DNA of 64,000 nucleotides, from the NCBI RefSeq assembly GCF_009914755.1, contig NC_060946.1, one strand, 5' to 3'. How positions within the stretch are numbered: position 1 is the first letter of the stretch; the number at the start of each line of letters is the position of its first letter. Under the pieces are notes generated by a model. The model searched no databases. It was not told the DNA's origin and worked only from the letters and a program-made list of their open reading frames with translations. Origin of the DNA: the human T2T-CHM13v2.0 reference genome, Homo sapiens. The position numbers were made by a program, and so were the translations under genes. This document shows, piece after piece, positions 24,885 through 40,600 of this stretch.

Positions 24885-25750
24885 ATCAATGCCCATCTCA
24901 TCCAGACCTCTTCCCTGAACTCTCCTGACAGCTACACTTGTATGTCTGTCTAATAGGCATTCAAGCTTAACATGTCTATGTACAAACTCTATGAACTACC
25001 CTCCCCAAACCTGCTTCTTCCTCAGCCTTCCCCCTCCCGGCAAATTGCAATGACTTTCTTCTAGCTGCTCAGGCTAAAATCCCAACAGCATCCTCAATAA
25101 CTCTCTTTTCTAATCAACTAGCAAACCCGGCATTCAACCCCACCTCCCTGACACCAGACACCAGTATGTGTGCTCTAATGCCCACAGACACTCCCTAGTC
25201 TCCCTGTTCTCACCTTGCCCACTGGGCTCTATTCCTCACTTGACAGCCCAAGAAATCTTGGTAAAATGTGAGTGAGATCACACCTCTCAGAACCCTAAGT
25301 TCTTTTCTGTCTCAATAGAAATAAAGTCAAAGTCCTTCACATGGCCAGCTTGGAAGGCCCTGGGTCTCCTAACACTTCCCCAGTGCTCTCTGCCCCAGCC
25401 ATGCTGGCCTCCTGCCCACCTGCTGATCCAAGGCACAAATCATCCTGCCCCGAGGCTTTTGCACTTACCATTTATTCATTCTGCCTGAAGCATCCTTCTC
25501 CAGCTATTTGAACAGCTCACTCCCTCACTTTCTCTTGTCTTCCCTCAAATACCACCCACAGATCCACCCCCACACACTATCATTCTCTAGCCCTATACCC
25601 CACTTGATTGTTTTTATAACACGTATCAACACCTGATATATTATACATTCATTTATTTACTTATTGTCTATCTCCCAACAGTAGAATGCTGGTTCATTTT
25701 GAGGAACCAAAACGGGGCCTGGCACATTGTAGGCACTCAGTATTTGTTCT
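24885..25750 (+). mobile_element. L2 LINE 3' portion
   Basis: ctctt ccctgaactc...caagcttaacatgtc...aaagtccttcacatggcc...gcctggcacattgtaggcactcagtatttgtt. Confidence 0.75.
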
Positions 25751-26352
25751 ATGCACATGCAGTGTGCACACACATGTGCATGTGTCTATTTAGGCATAGA
25801 AAATTTCTCTATGAATACACAAAAAAACCATGACAACAATTACATCCAGGGAGTGAGCTGGAAGTATCAAGCGATAGAGACAGAAATGTTTATTTTCACC
25901 GATGACCCTCAGTGTTTGAATTTTTGCTGTTAAGTCTATAATTCTATAAATTAAAATGTTAATAAATAACAGAACAGTTAATGATGTTTCTCTCCTATCT
26001 TTCACATTTTACAATTTTACATTCTGCTACCAAAGAAAATGTTAGTCTGCCTCTTCTGGTGCTGGAGGGGGTCTCCCATGGGGACTGGGTGGGGGGGTCA
26101 GCCAATTAGCCATTCCAGCAAATAACAGGAGGGAGAAGTGAAGGGCTGGAAGGGGTTATCCAGAGGAGGGAGAGCAGGACTCAGGGGACAAGGAGAAGCG
26201 AATAGGGAACTCTGGGACCCAAAGCAAAAGGAGATCAGGTCCACTCACAGAGAAAAACGGCAGGCCTAGAATTAGAGAAAAGAAGCCCTCCCACCCAAGA
26301 AACAACTCTTACACATAGGATTACATATAGGATGGTTTGTAAAGTAATCTCA

Positions 26353-26860
<508 letters not shown>

Positions 26861-26967
26861 TTACAGGGGAACCAAGGCAGTGGCGGGGTGGAAAGAGGAT
26901 TGGGTTCTGGTGTCCTTTTTATAAGCAAGTCATCCGCAGAATTCTGCAAAACACAGGATTCACTTGA

Positions 26968-27334
<367 letters not shown>

Positions 27335-27379
27335 CTACCTGGCCCCTCCTAATCTCCAAGTCTAGACTCCTGAAATGAA

Positions 27380-29035
27380 AGAGACTCTTTTATGGTTGTG
27401 ACAAAAACTGGCTTAAGCTCTGACTTCAGCCAGACATTATAAGTTCAAGTAACTGAAAAGTCCAGTTAGGGCAGGGTCTGAGGCTCAGTCATGTCTCTAG
27501 GCTCAGTCCCCATCTCTCCACTCTGCTTTTCCTTCCACCAGCCAGCCGCTCAGGCTCACATCTTCCCAGCCTCATGCCAAAGGAAAGAGACTGTTTCCAA
27601 GGGTCACCACAAAGGTCCTAGATTGTGTGCCACTGGCCATCCCCGAGGTACACGTGATCCCTCAATCTATCTGTCCCTAAGGCTGGGGAGGCAGGAGGGA
27701 GCTAAGTTCTGACTAAGGCCGGGTTGCAGATCCCTCCTGGGGTACAGCAAGAGGTAGAGTCAGCTCCACCAAAACCATGATTGAGAGTGGAGAAATACAG
27801 ATCCCTGGGAAAACTATGATGCTGATATCGAAGACAGGGAAATGGATGCTGGGTTGATGAACAATAGGCTTTTATTACAGAACTCAAAATGTTACCTATT
27901 TGTATGACTTAGGAGTGCTTTCAGCGGCAGGAAACAGAAGACCAACAGTGGCTTACAGAAATATAGCTTTAAATTTCTCAAATAACAAGGAACTAGAAGT
28001 TGGGTCAGCCTATCTATGATTCTCTGTCCTGTCCCTCATGGTCACATAGTAATTGCTTCATCTCCAGCCATCACATCTGCATTCAAGTTAGGAAGAAGCG
28101 AGAAAGGGAGTGTCAGCTACATCTGTCTCTTCTATCAGGAAGAACAAAGCTCTCCCAAAAATCCCCCAGTGGATTTCCACTTAGGACTCTTTATCCAGGA
28201 CTTGGTCACAAAGCCACACCTAGATACAAGGGAAGCTGAGAAAGCAAGTACTTAGATTTTCCAAACCTCTATAGTAGATGCTGGCAATGGAGAAGGAGGT
28301 TGGGAATGGGTATCGGGTAAACCAAAACAACTGTGTCTGCCACACTCTCTGGGCCCTTTGATGACCTTACAGGTAGAGTGGCACAGTGGAAAAGTCACTG
28401 GACTGGGAGTCAGAATTGCTGAGTTCTAATCTGAGCCAAACCACAAGGTGTTTGACTTTGGACAGTTGCTTTACCTCCCTGGACCTTGGATATCTAATGG
28501 ACTCTTGGAGAACACTAGAAACAGATATTGCGAACTATCGATATTCATTCAATTCACATCTATTAAGCACCCTGAATATCACCAGACATGCTACCAAAGG
28601 CTGCAAGAGATAGAAAAGTAAGAGAAAGGGTATCCCTTCTTGCATGGATCCTGTATGTCTTATGCTTTGAGCTGCAGATAACAAAAAATACAGCTTGAGT
28701 TGGTTTAAATAGCAAGGGAAACCATTATTTCACTGAAGTCCAGATTTAGAGTAGGCTGCGGGGTTGGTTGATTCGGAAGCTCCACAATATCACCAGGAAC
28801 TCACTCCTTAGGGTTAGGCTGCTCTACCAGCCTCAGGGCTGGCCTCATCCTCAGCAGTTTTAGGCGTGTCCAGGCATGGCAATGTCCAGAGGAGGAGAGA
28901 GCAATAACTGATCTGGAAATGAAGAAACCTTCCCAAAAAGCCCCTCGGTAGACTTCCCCTCACATTATTGGTCAAAGCAGTGTCACAGCCCAATCCTGCT
29001 CAATTATTAGCAAAGAGAAGAGGATGGCATGATTA
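27380..29035. mobile_element. Cluster of old MLT1 LTRs (about 27380-27880, 27900-28340, 28650-29035)
   Basis: Repeated MLT1-like motifs such as taactgaaaagtccag, ccagccatcacatctgcattcaag and agacttcccctcacattattgg. Confidence 0.55.
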
Positions 29036-29139
29036 ACTTACACACATTCTTACGGAGGGAATGAATGTTGGAAAATCAGCCATAATGTTCATTACATTAG
29101 CAATAATGACAATAACAGCAATAATAACAGCAAATGTTT

Positions 29140-29469
<330 letters not shown>

Positions 29470-29519
29470 TAATGCCAGGCACTTAACATGTATTATTTTG
29501 TTTATTGCTCCCAGCAACA

Positions 29520-29725
29520 TTTTTTTTTTGGACAGGGTCTCACTCTGTTGCCCAAGCTGGAGTGCAGTGGTGCAATCATGGCTCACTGCAGCTCTGAACT
29601 CCTGCGTTCAAGCCATCTTCCCACCTCAGCCCCCCAAGTAGCTGGGACTACAGGAATGTGCCACCACACCTGGCTAATTTCTTTTACTTTTTGTAGAGGT
29701 AGAGTCTCATTATGTTGCCCAGGGT
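29520..29725 (-). mobile_element. AluJ-like partial
   Basis: cagggtctcactctgttgccc...gcaatcatggctcactgcagc. Confidence 0.85.
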
Positions 29726-30752
29726 CTAGAAACTTATCTCCATTTGAGATTCAAACTCAGATCCATGTGGCTCCAAAGCCTAGTGTCTTAGCCCTCAGGC
29801 CATACACATAGTACTTTACACCGTGCCGTGTTGAAATACACCAGGGACCTCACCATCTGGCCCCCATGAGTGACTCTCCCACCCTCTAGTCTTTGTTTCT
29901 GCTGTTCACACCAAGTCCATCTTATCTCCACCTACACAAATCAGAGCCCACCTCCAGTTCCAGCCCCATTTCCTGCTTCCCCCCTCCCAGGGCCCTAGTC
30001 AGACTTAACCTCTTCCACACGGGTCTTTAGGCACTCTTTGTTCAGACATTCATGATATAAAGTAAACTTCTGGCCTGGGATTCGCGAAGCCTGAGCTCTG
30101 GTCACATCCCCATCCTGCATGGCAGGCAGTGACCGATTTGCCACCTACTTTCAGCAACTCGGTTTCCTCATCTGTCCGATACGACTGATCAATATGACTT
30201 CTGAGGTATCTTCCAGTTCTGATATTCTGGAACTCTCTCCAGTTTGCAGAAAGCCAGATTCTGAGCCCAGACTCCTTGCCTGAGTTCCCAGGAGATGTCG
30301 AGTCACTTCCTTACTATGCCCCAGGATCCCAGTCAGAAACTGGCTCAAATAGCACTGACTCCTTTCTCCCCGAAAGGTGGAGGCCAGGACTAATGAGCAT
30401 GGTTTGCCACGAGCCTCAGGGTCTGCAGAGAAAGGTTCCCAATGGAAGCTATTACTAGTCTTTCTCTGGGGCCATGGCTAACAAAATAGTCCCCTGTGGG
30501 CTGAGTCACTCAAATTAATTGTTTGGTTTCTTTTCTTATGATTGACACGTAATAATTATACGTAATAATGGGATACAATATGATGTTTTGATACATGTAT
30601 ACATTGTGTACTGATCAAATCAGGGTAATTAACACATCCATCACCTCAAACATCTATCTGGAGCTAAACACAAAGGAAGAGCAGAAGGGGCTGGAGTCAT
30701 GGGGAAGGTCAGGGAAAACTGTGAACAATGGGCAAAACAGATGATTGGGTGT

Positions 30753-30925
30753 CAGGACCGGCTGCAAGCTTCACAGGGCCCAGCGCAAATGAAATCAAGA
30801 ACCCCACTTTAAAAGAGGATTAAGAATTACAAGACTGCAACAGCAGAGCATTAAACTAAGTGTGTGCTCCTCTTAAGAACAGAGCCCTGGGTAACAACAC
30901 AAGTCACATATTGAGGCTGGCCCTG
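30753..30925. mobile_element. MER91-like hAT-Tip100 element
   Basis: caggaccggct...agggcccagcgcaaatgaaa...ggctggccctg; related to the element at 14141, in the opposite orientation. Confidence 0.65.
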
Positions 30926-31579
30926 CTGGGTGTCCTTCCCATGGAGAGCTGGGCATTCCCTAGTAGACCCCAGAGGCAAGCAGACTCTGCAGGGTCTGCA
31001 CCTAGGGCTGTCTTCGCTGGACTCTTCTGCAGCTCTGTATAGATAGAAGTTAACGTGCAGAGGGCTCCCAATGATCCAGATGTTTCCCATTCATAACACT
31101 GCATGGGGTTCCTGTCCATGGTAGCCCAAATGAATTTTGTCCAATAGAGAATATAGCTCTCCCTGAAGTCCAATTTTCATTGAACCATCTGTAACATCTT
31201 ACTGGCTCCCTCATTAATTAATGAGTTAAATAAAATCTCTGCCAGGTGTTCGTTTTATACTTCTAAGAGAATTACAATTTCAATATTGAAAACTATCCTT
31301 TAACAGGGGAGAGAAGTTCAGATAGTCATAACCAGGATGGCCAGATAATTTAGCATCCCAACCATGACACCCTTGAGAACGAAAAGGAAAGGCTGTTAAT
31401 AGTCATAGTAGGACAACTAGGTATAAACCAGGACTGCCCAAACAAACTGGGACCTTAGTCACACTGACTACAACAGACAAATGGGTGTTGTTGAAGCATT
31501 TGACGAAGACTTTTACTGTCATGGAGAAATACTGGCTTGATGCAAGTCCAAGTGGATAAGTTAAAGAGACTAAAGGACA

Positions 31580-31975
31580 TATACAAAAGGCACACTCCTG
31601 CCTCAGGGTCTTGGCACTGGTTGTTCCCACTGCTTAAAACACTCTTTCCCCACAATCCCACATGACCCCTCCTGCACCTTCCTTAAGCCTTTATTCCAAC
31701 ACCACCTTCCCAGGGAGGCCTTCCCTGACCAGAGGGCTTACTGTGAACCCTCCCACTCCCACCTCCTCGTAACCATAGCCCTTTGTCTGCTTTCTTGTCC
31801 TCCATAGTACCTGATATACCCTATGATTTACTTTTCTTTCAGTTTGCTCCTTATCTCCCCTATAGCATGCAAGCTTCAGATTCCTGACTGCTTTGTGCAC
31901 TGACGGGTCCCAAGTGTCTAGAACAGTGCCTGGCACACAGTAAAGACTCAATAAATATTTGTGAAATGACTGCAC
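31580..31975 (+). mobile_element. L2a 3' end
   Basis: cctcagggtcttggcactggttgttccc...ctagaacagtgcctggcacacagtaaagactcaataaatatttg. Confidence 0.8.
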
Positions 31976-32209
31976 TAATTACCAGATTGCTATCAGCCCT
32001 AAGAAATATTCAACACTTCCACTAACTGCTTGGATAATGATACAGACGGTATGATTAGAACACTGGAGGAGAACCAGAATTTTAGAGTAGATTCATTCAT
32101 CCATACAACCAATAATATCAAGTCCCTATGTGCCAGGCCTTGTTCCAAGTGCTAGGATTCAGTGGTGAACAAAACAGACCAAAGCCCTACCCTGGTAGGG
32201 ATTACCCAC

Positions 32210-32215
32210 GTGTGT

Positions 32216-32265
<50 letters not shown>
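32210..32265. repeat. (TG)n microsatellite
   Basis: About 28 TG units with one interruption; Z-DNA-prone. Confidence 0.95.
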
Positions 32266-32269
<4 letters not shown>

Positions 32270-32619
32270 TCAGAAGCCTCATAAGGGGCTTACCCTCCAG
32301 CAGAGAAAGACAGAACCAAAATAAACACAATAAAGAAGTAAACTGTATAGGATACCAAAATATAATAAGCGATATAGAATAAAAGCAAAGATGTGGCAGG
32401 GCTAAGGGGAAGAGGTTAAGGGGAAGACCCCACTGCAGGTGGGCTGCAGGTTGCAGTAATGAAGAGAAGCCCCTACAAGAAGATTTGACTTGAGCAAAGG
32501 TTCAAAGGTGAATGCCCACCTTAAAGACGAATGGCCCCAGGAGACAGACTGGCCCTGTGGAGAGGGATTGGCACTCTGAGTCAGAAGTGGGTTCTCATCC
32601 CAGCTTCCATAGACAGCTC

Positions 32620-33040
32620 TGTTTCCATATCTATTATTGTATAACAAACCACCCCAAAAGTAGAGCCTTGACAGCCACAACTGATCATCTTATGATTCTG
32701 TGGGTTGACCAGGCTCAGCTGATGGTTATTCTGCTCACATAGCATAGGGTGAGGTCCCTCATGCCGCTGGGGCTGGAACATGCAGGCTGAGGCCTTTCAC
32801 CCTCCAGGCCTCCTAACCATGTACTCAGGTCTGATCTTTTTTACAGTGAGGTGGCTGGCTTCCCAGAGCTAGCATTCCAATGAGACAAGCCTAGTGTGCA
32901 AGTGCTTATTGAGCTTTTGCTTACGTTGCTTGCTGATGTCACAAGGCCACACCCAAGGTCCATGTGGGAGGAGACTACACAAACATGTGAAGATCTGGAA
33001 GTGTGATTCACTGGGGGGTCACCAGTCTAACAGTCTACCC
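32620..33040 (-). mobile_element. MLT1 MaLR LTR
   Basis: tctattattgtataacaaaccaccccaaaagtagagccttg...atgattctgtgggttgacc. Confidence 0.65.
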
Positions 33041-33851
33041 CATGGTGCATGACCTTGAACCACTTAATTCAAAACAATCTCTCCGTACTTCATTTTCCTC
33101 ATCTGTAAGGTGAAAGCATAAACATCAGTGCTCTCTGAGGCCCCTTCTCCTACCAGCCTTCTTACAATGGAAAAATCACAATGGAAAAAAATCTTGAAGA
33201 GCTGGCTGAAACAAGATGAAACTTCCTGTTAATAAATATAAGGACCTGCCCTTGAGACCAGAAAACCAACCAGGAAAGTTCATGAAGAAAAAGAGGTGGC
33301 TTAGTAATCATCTACAAGAAAAGGTTTAGGTAGTTTATTCCAAGGTGAGCTCAGTAGAAGTTAGCAATGTGCTACAGCCCCCTAATGAGTTAATGGGACC
33401 TTCAACTGCATAAATGGGAGCATTAGATGAAGGCTAAGGGAGGTGATACTCCTCTGTAATCCAGCCCTAACTGGAGTGATGCATTTCCTTCTTGGTGCTT
33501 CCTCTTGAGAGAAATGCAGACAAAGTGGACCATGCACAAGAGAAATGACCTGCAGAGAGATCAGGCTGGCACCATCTGAACCCACAATTAGTCTTAGTCT
33601 CACTAAGACTGGAATAGCTACATTGCACGAATCCTGACCTAAGGCAGTGGGGAGTAGACGGCACCACCTGTGAGGTGTTCTCACCTAAACAATTGAACCT
33701 GACTCCAGTTCTTCTGTAGACTTAAGTACCTATTTACAGCAAGCATAGAGGATAGAAAAAAAAAAACTAAACACCATGCAGAACTAATCAGCCATGTTCA
33801 GAATATAGGACAGTCAGCAGGACAAATGATTCCATTTCTCCAACAAATCTA

Positions 33852-34169
<318 letters not shown>

Positions 34170-34559
34170 CTACAGCATGGAAAAAATAGGAGAGGAACTG
34201 TTCAGAATAAAAGCTACTTCAGGTACGTAGCAAGCAAACACACTACGTAAATCTTTTCTAAACCCTGATTTTGAAAAAAAAATAAAATTAAGAAAAACCT
34301 TAGATACAATCAAGGTACTCTGAATATGGACTGAGTAACAGAGGATATCAAAATTTTCTGTTAATTGTGTTGACCGTCTAATAATGTGTTTTTTTTTTTA
34401 CTTGTACAAATGTATGGGGTACATGAGAATTGTGTTACATGTATATAATGCATAGTGATCAAGTCAGGGTATTTAAGATGTCCATCCCCCAAGCACAATT
34501 CTACTATCAAACAGTGAATATATTCCTTTTATCTTACTGTATGGCTGCACCCTTTAACC

Positions 34560-35080
34560 AAAGGGTGTCCAATCTTTTGGCTTCTCTGGGCCACACTGGA
34601 TGAAAGAATTGTCTTGGGCCACACATAAAATACACTAACACTAACAATAGCTGATGAGCTTTAAAAAAATCGCAAAAAAAATCATAATGTTTTGTTTTTT
34701 GTTTGTTTGTTTGTTTTTGACATCCTCGCTCTCTCTCCCAGGATGGATGAGTGCAGTGGCGCAATCTCAGCTCACTGCAACCTCCGCCTCCCGGGTTCAA
34801 GTGATTCTCCTGCCCCAGCCTGCTGAGTAGCTGGGATTACAGGCACACACCACCATGCCTGGCTAATTTTTGTATTTTTAGTAGAGACGGGGTTTCACCA
34901 TGTTGGTCAGGCTGGTCTCGAACTCCTGACCTCGTGATCCACCTGCCTCAGCCTCCCAAAGTGCTGAGACTACAGGCAAAAATCATAATGTTTTAAGAAA
35001 GTGTACAAATTTGTGTTGGGCGGCATTCAAAGCCATCCTGGGCCGCATGTGGCCTGCGGGTCACGGATTTGACAAGCTTG
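34560..35080 (+). mobile_element. MER30 hAT DNA transposon interrupted by an Alu
   Basis: gggtgtccaatcttttggcttctctgggccacactgga...gacaagcttg; perfect 8-bp TSD ctttaacc at 34552-34559 and 35081-35088. Confidence 0.88.
34693..34977 (-). mobile_element. AluS inside MER30
   Basis: TSD aaaaatcataatgtttt. Confidence 0.92.
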
Positions 35081-35178
35081 CTTTAACCCATAATTTGATT
35101 TTTTAATGTTCCTCTGATGCACATGAAAATCTTATAAGAAAAAAGACATAATGTTTTGGCCCTGCTTTAAAATACTCC

Positions 35179-35181
<3 letters not shown>

Positions 35182-35211
<30 letters not shown>
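35182..35211. repeat. (AC)15 microsatellite
   Basis: Perfect dinucleotide run. Confidence 0.95.
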
Positions 35212-35216
<5 letters not shown>

Positions 35217-37619
35217 TTGGAGAGATTTTAAAAAATGACTGGCATAATGTTACTAGATGTTGCAACTTGCTGGTGGGCAAATGGGTGTTCATTAAGCTAT
35301 CTTCTCTACCTTTGTATATGCTAGAAATTTTCCATAACAAAAAAGTTAATCCAGAAATCATTTATTTATTTTTTAATAAAAGAAGACTAGAACAGAAAAA
35401 AATTATCTGGAAGGCACAGGTTCTCCAAATCAGGTCTCCTCAGGGTCACATGAAGGAACCTGGGTGCTTGGGAGGCAGCTGGGGGCCTCCGAGATACACC
35501 CCAACAGTCAAATGTCTGAACAGCTTGTCTGGCATAAGAGGGGAGACTTGCTCTGCACCGCCCCACCAGGCAAAACCAGGACCAAAATGCGAAAATCTAG
35601 AAAGGCAAGTTCAAGTTTAATATGAAAACCAGAAGAGGAAGTTGCCTGAACTCCCCTTCTCCCTCCACCTCTGCAACCCCTCCTCCACCACAGCCCTGCA
35701 GGAACCCTGCCTCCCAACCACTCTGAATCATCTGAGGCTCCAGGAACATTCCTAGCTCTCAGGCACATTCCTAGCGCACACCCTTCCCCTGCGCTGTCCT
35801 TGGTCAGAAATATCCTCTCCTCTCTTCAGCTCTTGTAACTCTACTCAAACTTCAAGGCCCTACTCAAACAGCTGCCCTCCTCCCACCCCTCACAGTCCTC
35901 ACTCCCTCCTTTAAAATAAGAACACCCTTTGTATATAACACGAGTGCTTAGAATGAGCTGGGTGGCTATTACATGCATATGACTTTGCAGCTTAGAAAAA
36001 GTGTTATATTATCTTTATAGATAGATATCATAGATCAGTTATATATTATCTTTTATAGTGATTCTTCCTTTTCACTCCCACAACATTATGTACCTTTATT
36101 GAGATTATAGAGGTCCCATATACTGAGGTCCTACCACGTGCCAAATGCTTTATTCTTATACCAATCCCATGACACAGGCATCATAAGTGTCAGAGAGGGG
36201 AGGCAACTTACTCAGTGTTACACGGCAGGGGTCTCATTTGAATTCAGGCTTGTGTAATGTCAAAGCCTCTATAAATGTGCACATGATGTGTGCATGTATG
36301 TATGCTTAATCCGTGCGAGTATACACTGTGTATATACACACAGCCTCCCCTTCTGCACTGTGTTTGTTCTCTTCTCTAGCAGTGTCTAGCATATGGTAAA
36401 TGCTCAATAAATGTTAGATGAATGAATAAATCCTGCATTATGACTACTTAGTTTTGTGCCTACAATAACCCCCACTACTATAAACTTGTGAACGCTGAAA
36501 TAAATACATGGATTTAGGCTCCAGGATTCCAAGTGGGATAGAGAAGCAGTCCTCGAAGATGAGTGTCAAGACTCAGACAGAGAGTGGCAGGGGCCTACCA
36601 AGGTCACCAGGAGGTCGATGGAGGGCTGGAGGGAGGAGAGGGGCTGAGGGGGCCTCCATTGTGGTCACTTTCACCAGCCCGGGCTGCTCCCAGACATTCT
36701 CAGGGTTTGGGAAAAAGAAGGCCTCTCACCTCTTCCCCAGCAGCCTGGGCCCTGACCGCTGTGTGACCCCTGGGAATAGGGACCTGTACTCCCCAGGGAG
36801 GAAGGTTACAGCCAGGAGGCAATAAAGTCATTTCATGGTAATTAGAATCGTAACCAATTTAAGTCATTTACAGCTCTCAAACAATTACAGGGTGGTTCTT
36901 ATCGCCCCAAAAATCCCGAGATGTTATTTGAAGGGGGCCATAAACTGGGAACCTGGTTGGGGGTGGGGAGTAGACAGGGAAGACGAGAGAAGGAAAGATG
37001 GCTGCTCATGGCAATGAGAGAAGAGGAGGCTTTTTAAAGTTCTATGGCCGGCTGCTCTCTACAGCAGATGTGGGTGGGACAGGCCCCTTGCTGTGGATTT
37101 AGTGGGAGAAACATGTCCCATCCCTAGAAGTTTCCTCTCCAGAATCACAAAATATCAGAGCTAGAAAGCCTGAAGAAACATCTAGTCCAGCATTTCCCAA
37201 ATAGAAACCCTGGATATCTTGTGATTCCTGAGATGTTTGTTGGTATTTGATGAAAAGTTTCCTAGGACGAATGGGCTTGGGAAATTTGTAAAGCGTGGCT
37301 CCCTCGTACAGAATCTCGGAGCTCATTGCATGTCCAAGGTTCTGGGAAGATCTACGGGAAAGAAACCAGGTTCCGCAGGAAAGTGTAACTGTGTGGAACC
37401 CAGTGCGTCTCAGACTTTGACCACGAGGCTTTTTAACCCCCATCGAAATCTGTTAATAACGCAACAAAGCTCAGGAAATCTGCACCTGCGTCTCTCGTTT
37501 CCTTCCCACTCTGGGGCTGAAGATAGAATGAGTGGCTTTCTGTTCCATGACAACACACGCCCTTGGTTGGGGCAGGTATTTGCACCCAAAACAGTGGGCA
37601 GTCAGCCTTCTGGGGGTAC

Positions 37620-40600
37620 TTTTGGAAGATAACGGGGGTGGTAGAAATAACATACAGAGATCCCAAATATCCTTTACCCAGTTTTCTCCAATGGTAAGAT
37701 CTGGCAAAACACTATCACAACTAGGATATTGACATTGACACAGTCAAGATACATAAAATTTCCAAAAACACAAGATTCCTCATGTTGCCCTTCATAACCA
37801 CATTCACACCCCTCCCACCTTCACTTTGTCTTTAATCCCTGGCAAACACTAATCCGTTCTGCATTTCTATCGTTTTATCCTTTCAATCGTTTATATAAGT
37901 GGAATCATGCAGTTTGTAACCTTTAGTGATTAGCTTTGTTTACTCAGCATAACTCTCCTGAGATCCATTCAAGTTGCTTCGTGTGCCAATGGTCCGTTGC
38001 TTTTTACCACCGAGCACTATGCCATGGCGTGGATGCACCACACAGTCTGTTTGATCATTTTTCACCCCCTGAAAAACAGCTGAGTTCCTTCCAGAGTGTG
38101 GCTATTGTGAATAATGATGCCTTAAATATTTGAATACAGGTTTTCATGCGAACACATCTTCATTTCTCTGAGATAAATTATTGGGAATGCCATGGCCATA
38201 TTGCATGTTTAGTTTTTAAAGAAACTGCCAAGCTGTTTGCCAGAGTGACTGTGCCATTTTACATTCCCGCCAGCAACAATGAGTGATTAGTTTCTCTGCA
38301 CCCTCATCAACATTTAGTATTAACAGTACTTTTAAGTTTAGCCTTAATGATAGATATATAGTGATATCTCATTGTGGTTTTAATTTGCATTTCTCTAGTT
38401 GCTAATGACATTGAATATCATTTCATGTGCTTATTTGCCACCCGTATATCTTCTTCAGTGAAATTTCTTCATATCTTTTCACTATGTTCTCACCGAATGG
38501 TTTGCTTTTTAGTACTGAGTTTTGAGAGTCATTTAAATAAGTACTATCATTTTACAGACATGCAGATTGGAAATATTTTCTCCTACACAGTAGCTTGTCC
38601 TTTTATTCCCTTAACAGGGTTTTCATAGAGCAATAGTTATTAATTTTGATAAAGCCCAATTTATTGTTATTCTCTTATGGATCTTGCTTTGAGTGGCAAG
38701 TCTAAGATTCTTTGCCTAGCCAGAGAGCCCAAAGATTTTCTTCTATTTTCTTCCTAGAAGTTTCTTCATTTTGCATTTTAAGTCTATTATTCATTTGAAG
38801 TTAATTTTTATCTAAGGTGTGAGACATAGGTTGGGGTTTCCATTTTGCCTATGGGTGCCCAATTGTTCTAGCACCACTCATTAAAAAGGCTATCTTTCAT
38901 CAACTCGATTGCTTTTGCACCTTCATCGAAAATGGTTGAACATATTTGTGTTCAGTTATTTCTGGGTTCTACATTCTGTTCCACCTATGTGTCCATTGCT
39001 TCAGCAACACTACGTGGTCTTCATTACCATAGCTGTATAGTAAGTCTTGAAAGTGGGTAGACTGACTCCTTCCTCATTATTCTTGTTTTACAAAATGATT
39101 TTACCTTACCTTCTAGTTCCTTTGTCTTTGCACATAAATTTTAGAATAATCTTGTCTGTATGTACAAAAACAATCTTGTTGGTATTTTGATAGGAATTGT
39201 GTTAAATATGTATATGAATTTGAGAAGAACTGACAGATGTACTATGTTGAGTCTTCTGATTCGTAACACAGCATGTGTCTCCATTTATCCAGCTCTCCTT
39301 CTATTGCTTTCATCAACGTTGTGTAGTTTTTAGAATGCAAATCCTTTACAAGTTTTATTAGGTTTACACCTACGTGTTTCTCTTTTTTATTAAGAAATTC
39401 ACATGATATTGCACTTTTAACATTGGTGGCCATATGTTTCTTGCTGTACATATAAATACAACTGATTTTGGTAAGTTCTTTTTGTGTCTTGTGAACTTAC
39501 TAATTCACTTGTTAATTCTAGTAGTTTTTCATAGATTCCTTGGAATTTTTTACATAGATAATCATGTAATCCAAAAATAGGGACAATTTTATTTCTTCCT
39601 TTATGATTTGCATGCCTTTTCTTTTCTTGCCTTATTGCATTAGTCAGAATTTCCAGCACAAGGTTGAATAAAAGTGGTAAGAACTGTGAGTGCAGACATT
39701 CTCACCTTATTCTTGATCTTAGGGGAAAAGCATTCATTCTTTCACCATTAAGTGTAATGTTAGCTTTAGATTTTTTTTTTGATGTTCCTTATCAAGATGA
39801 GGAAGTTCTCCCCATTTTTATTTTTCTGAGAATTTTTGCATGAATAGGTACTGAATTTTTAAAATGCTTTTTCTGAATTAAATGACATGATCACGTAATT
39901 CTTCTTTTTCAGGCTGTCAATATGGTAAATTACACTGGTTGATTTTTCAAATGTTAAACCAACTTTGCATCCCTGGAATAAACCTCATTTGATCATAGTG
40001 TATAATTATTTTTATATATTACTGCATTCTATTTGCTCATATTTTGTTAAGGACTTTTGCATCTGTATTCACAAGAAAAATTGGTTTGTAATTTACTTTT
40101 TTGTACTATCTTTTAAATCCACTCTACCAGTCTCTGTTTTTAATTGGTATGTTTTAATTAATATAATTATTAATACGTTAGGGCTTGAGTCTATCATCTA
40201 ATTTTTTCTGTTTGTTCTCTGTGTTTTGGTTTCTCTGTTGCATTTTTTGTGGCATAGTTGAACATATTTTCCATTTTTAATTATCTATAGTATTTCTGAG
40301 TGTATACCTTTTTATTGGTTGCTCTAGGTATTACGTTATATATACCTATGACTTACCATAGTCCACTGGTGTCATCATTTTATCAGTTCAAGTAAAATAT
40401 GGAAGCTTGCCTCCCTACATGTTCCTTTACTCTCTCCCATTTATAATATGTCTTAAATGTTTCCTCTATCTACATTTAGAACCACATCAGGCAGTGTTAT
40501 AATTTTTGCTTTAGCGATCAAGCAATTTATAAAGCTCACAAGGAGAAAGGAAGTGCCTTTTCAGTCCTATCTTTTTCCTCCTTTCCTTCTGGGACTCCGA

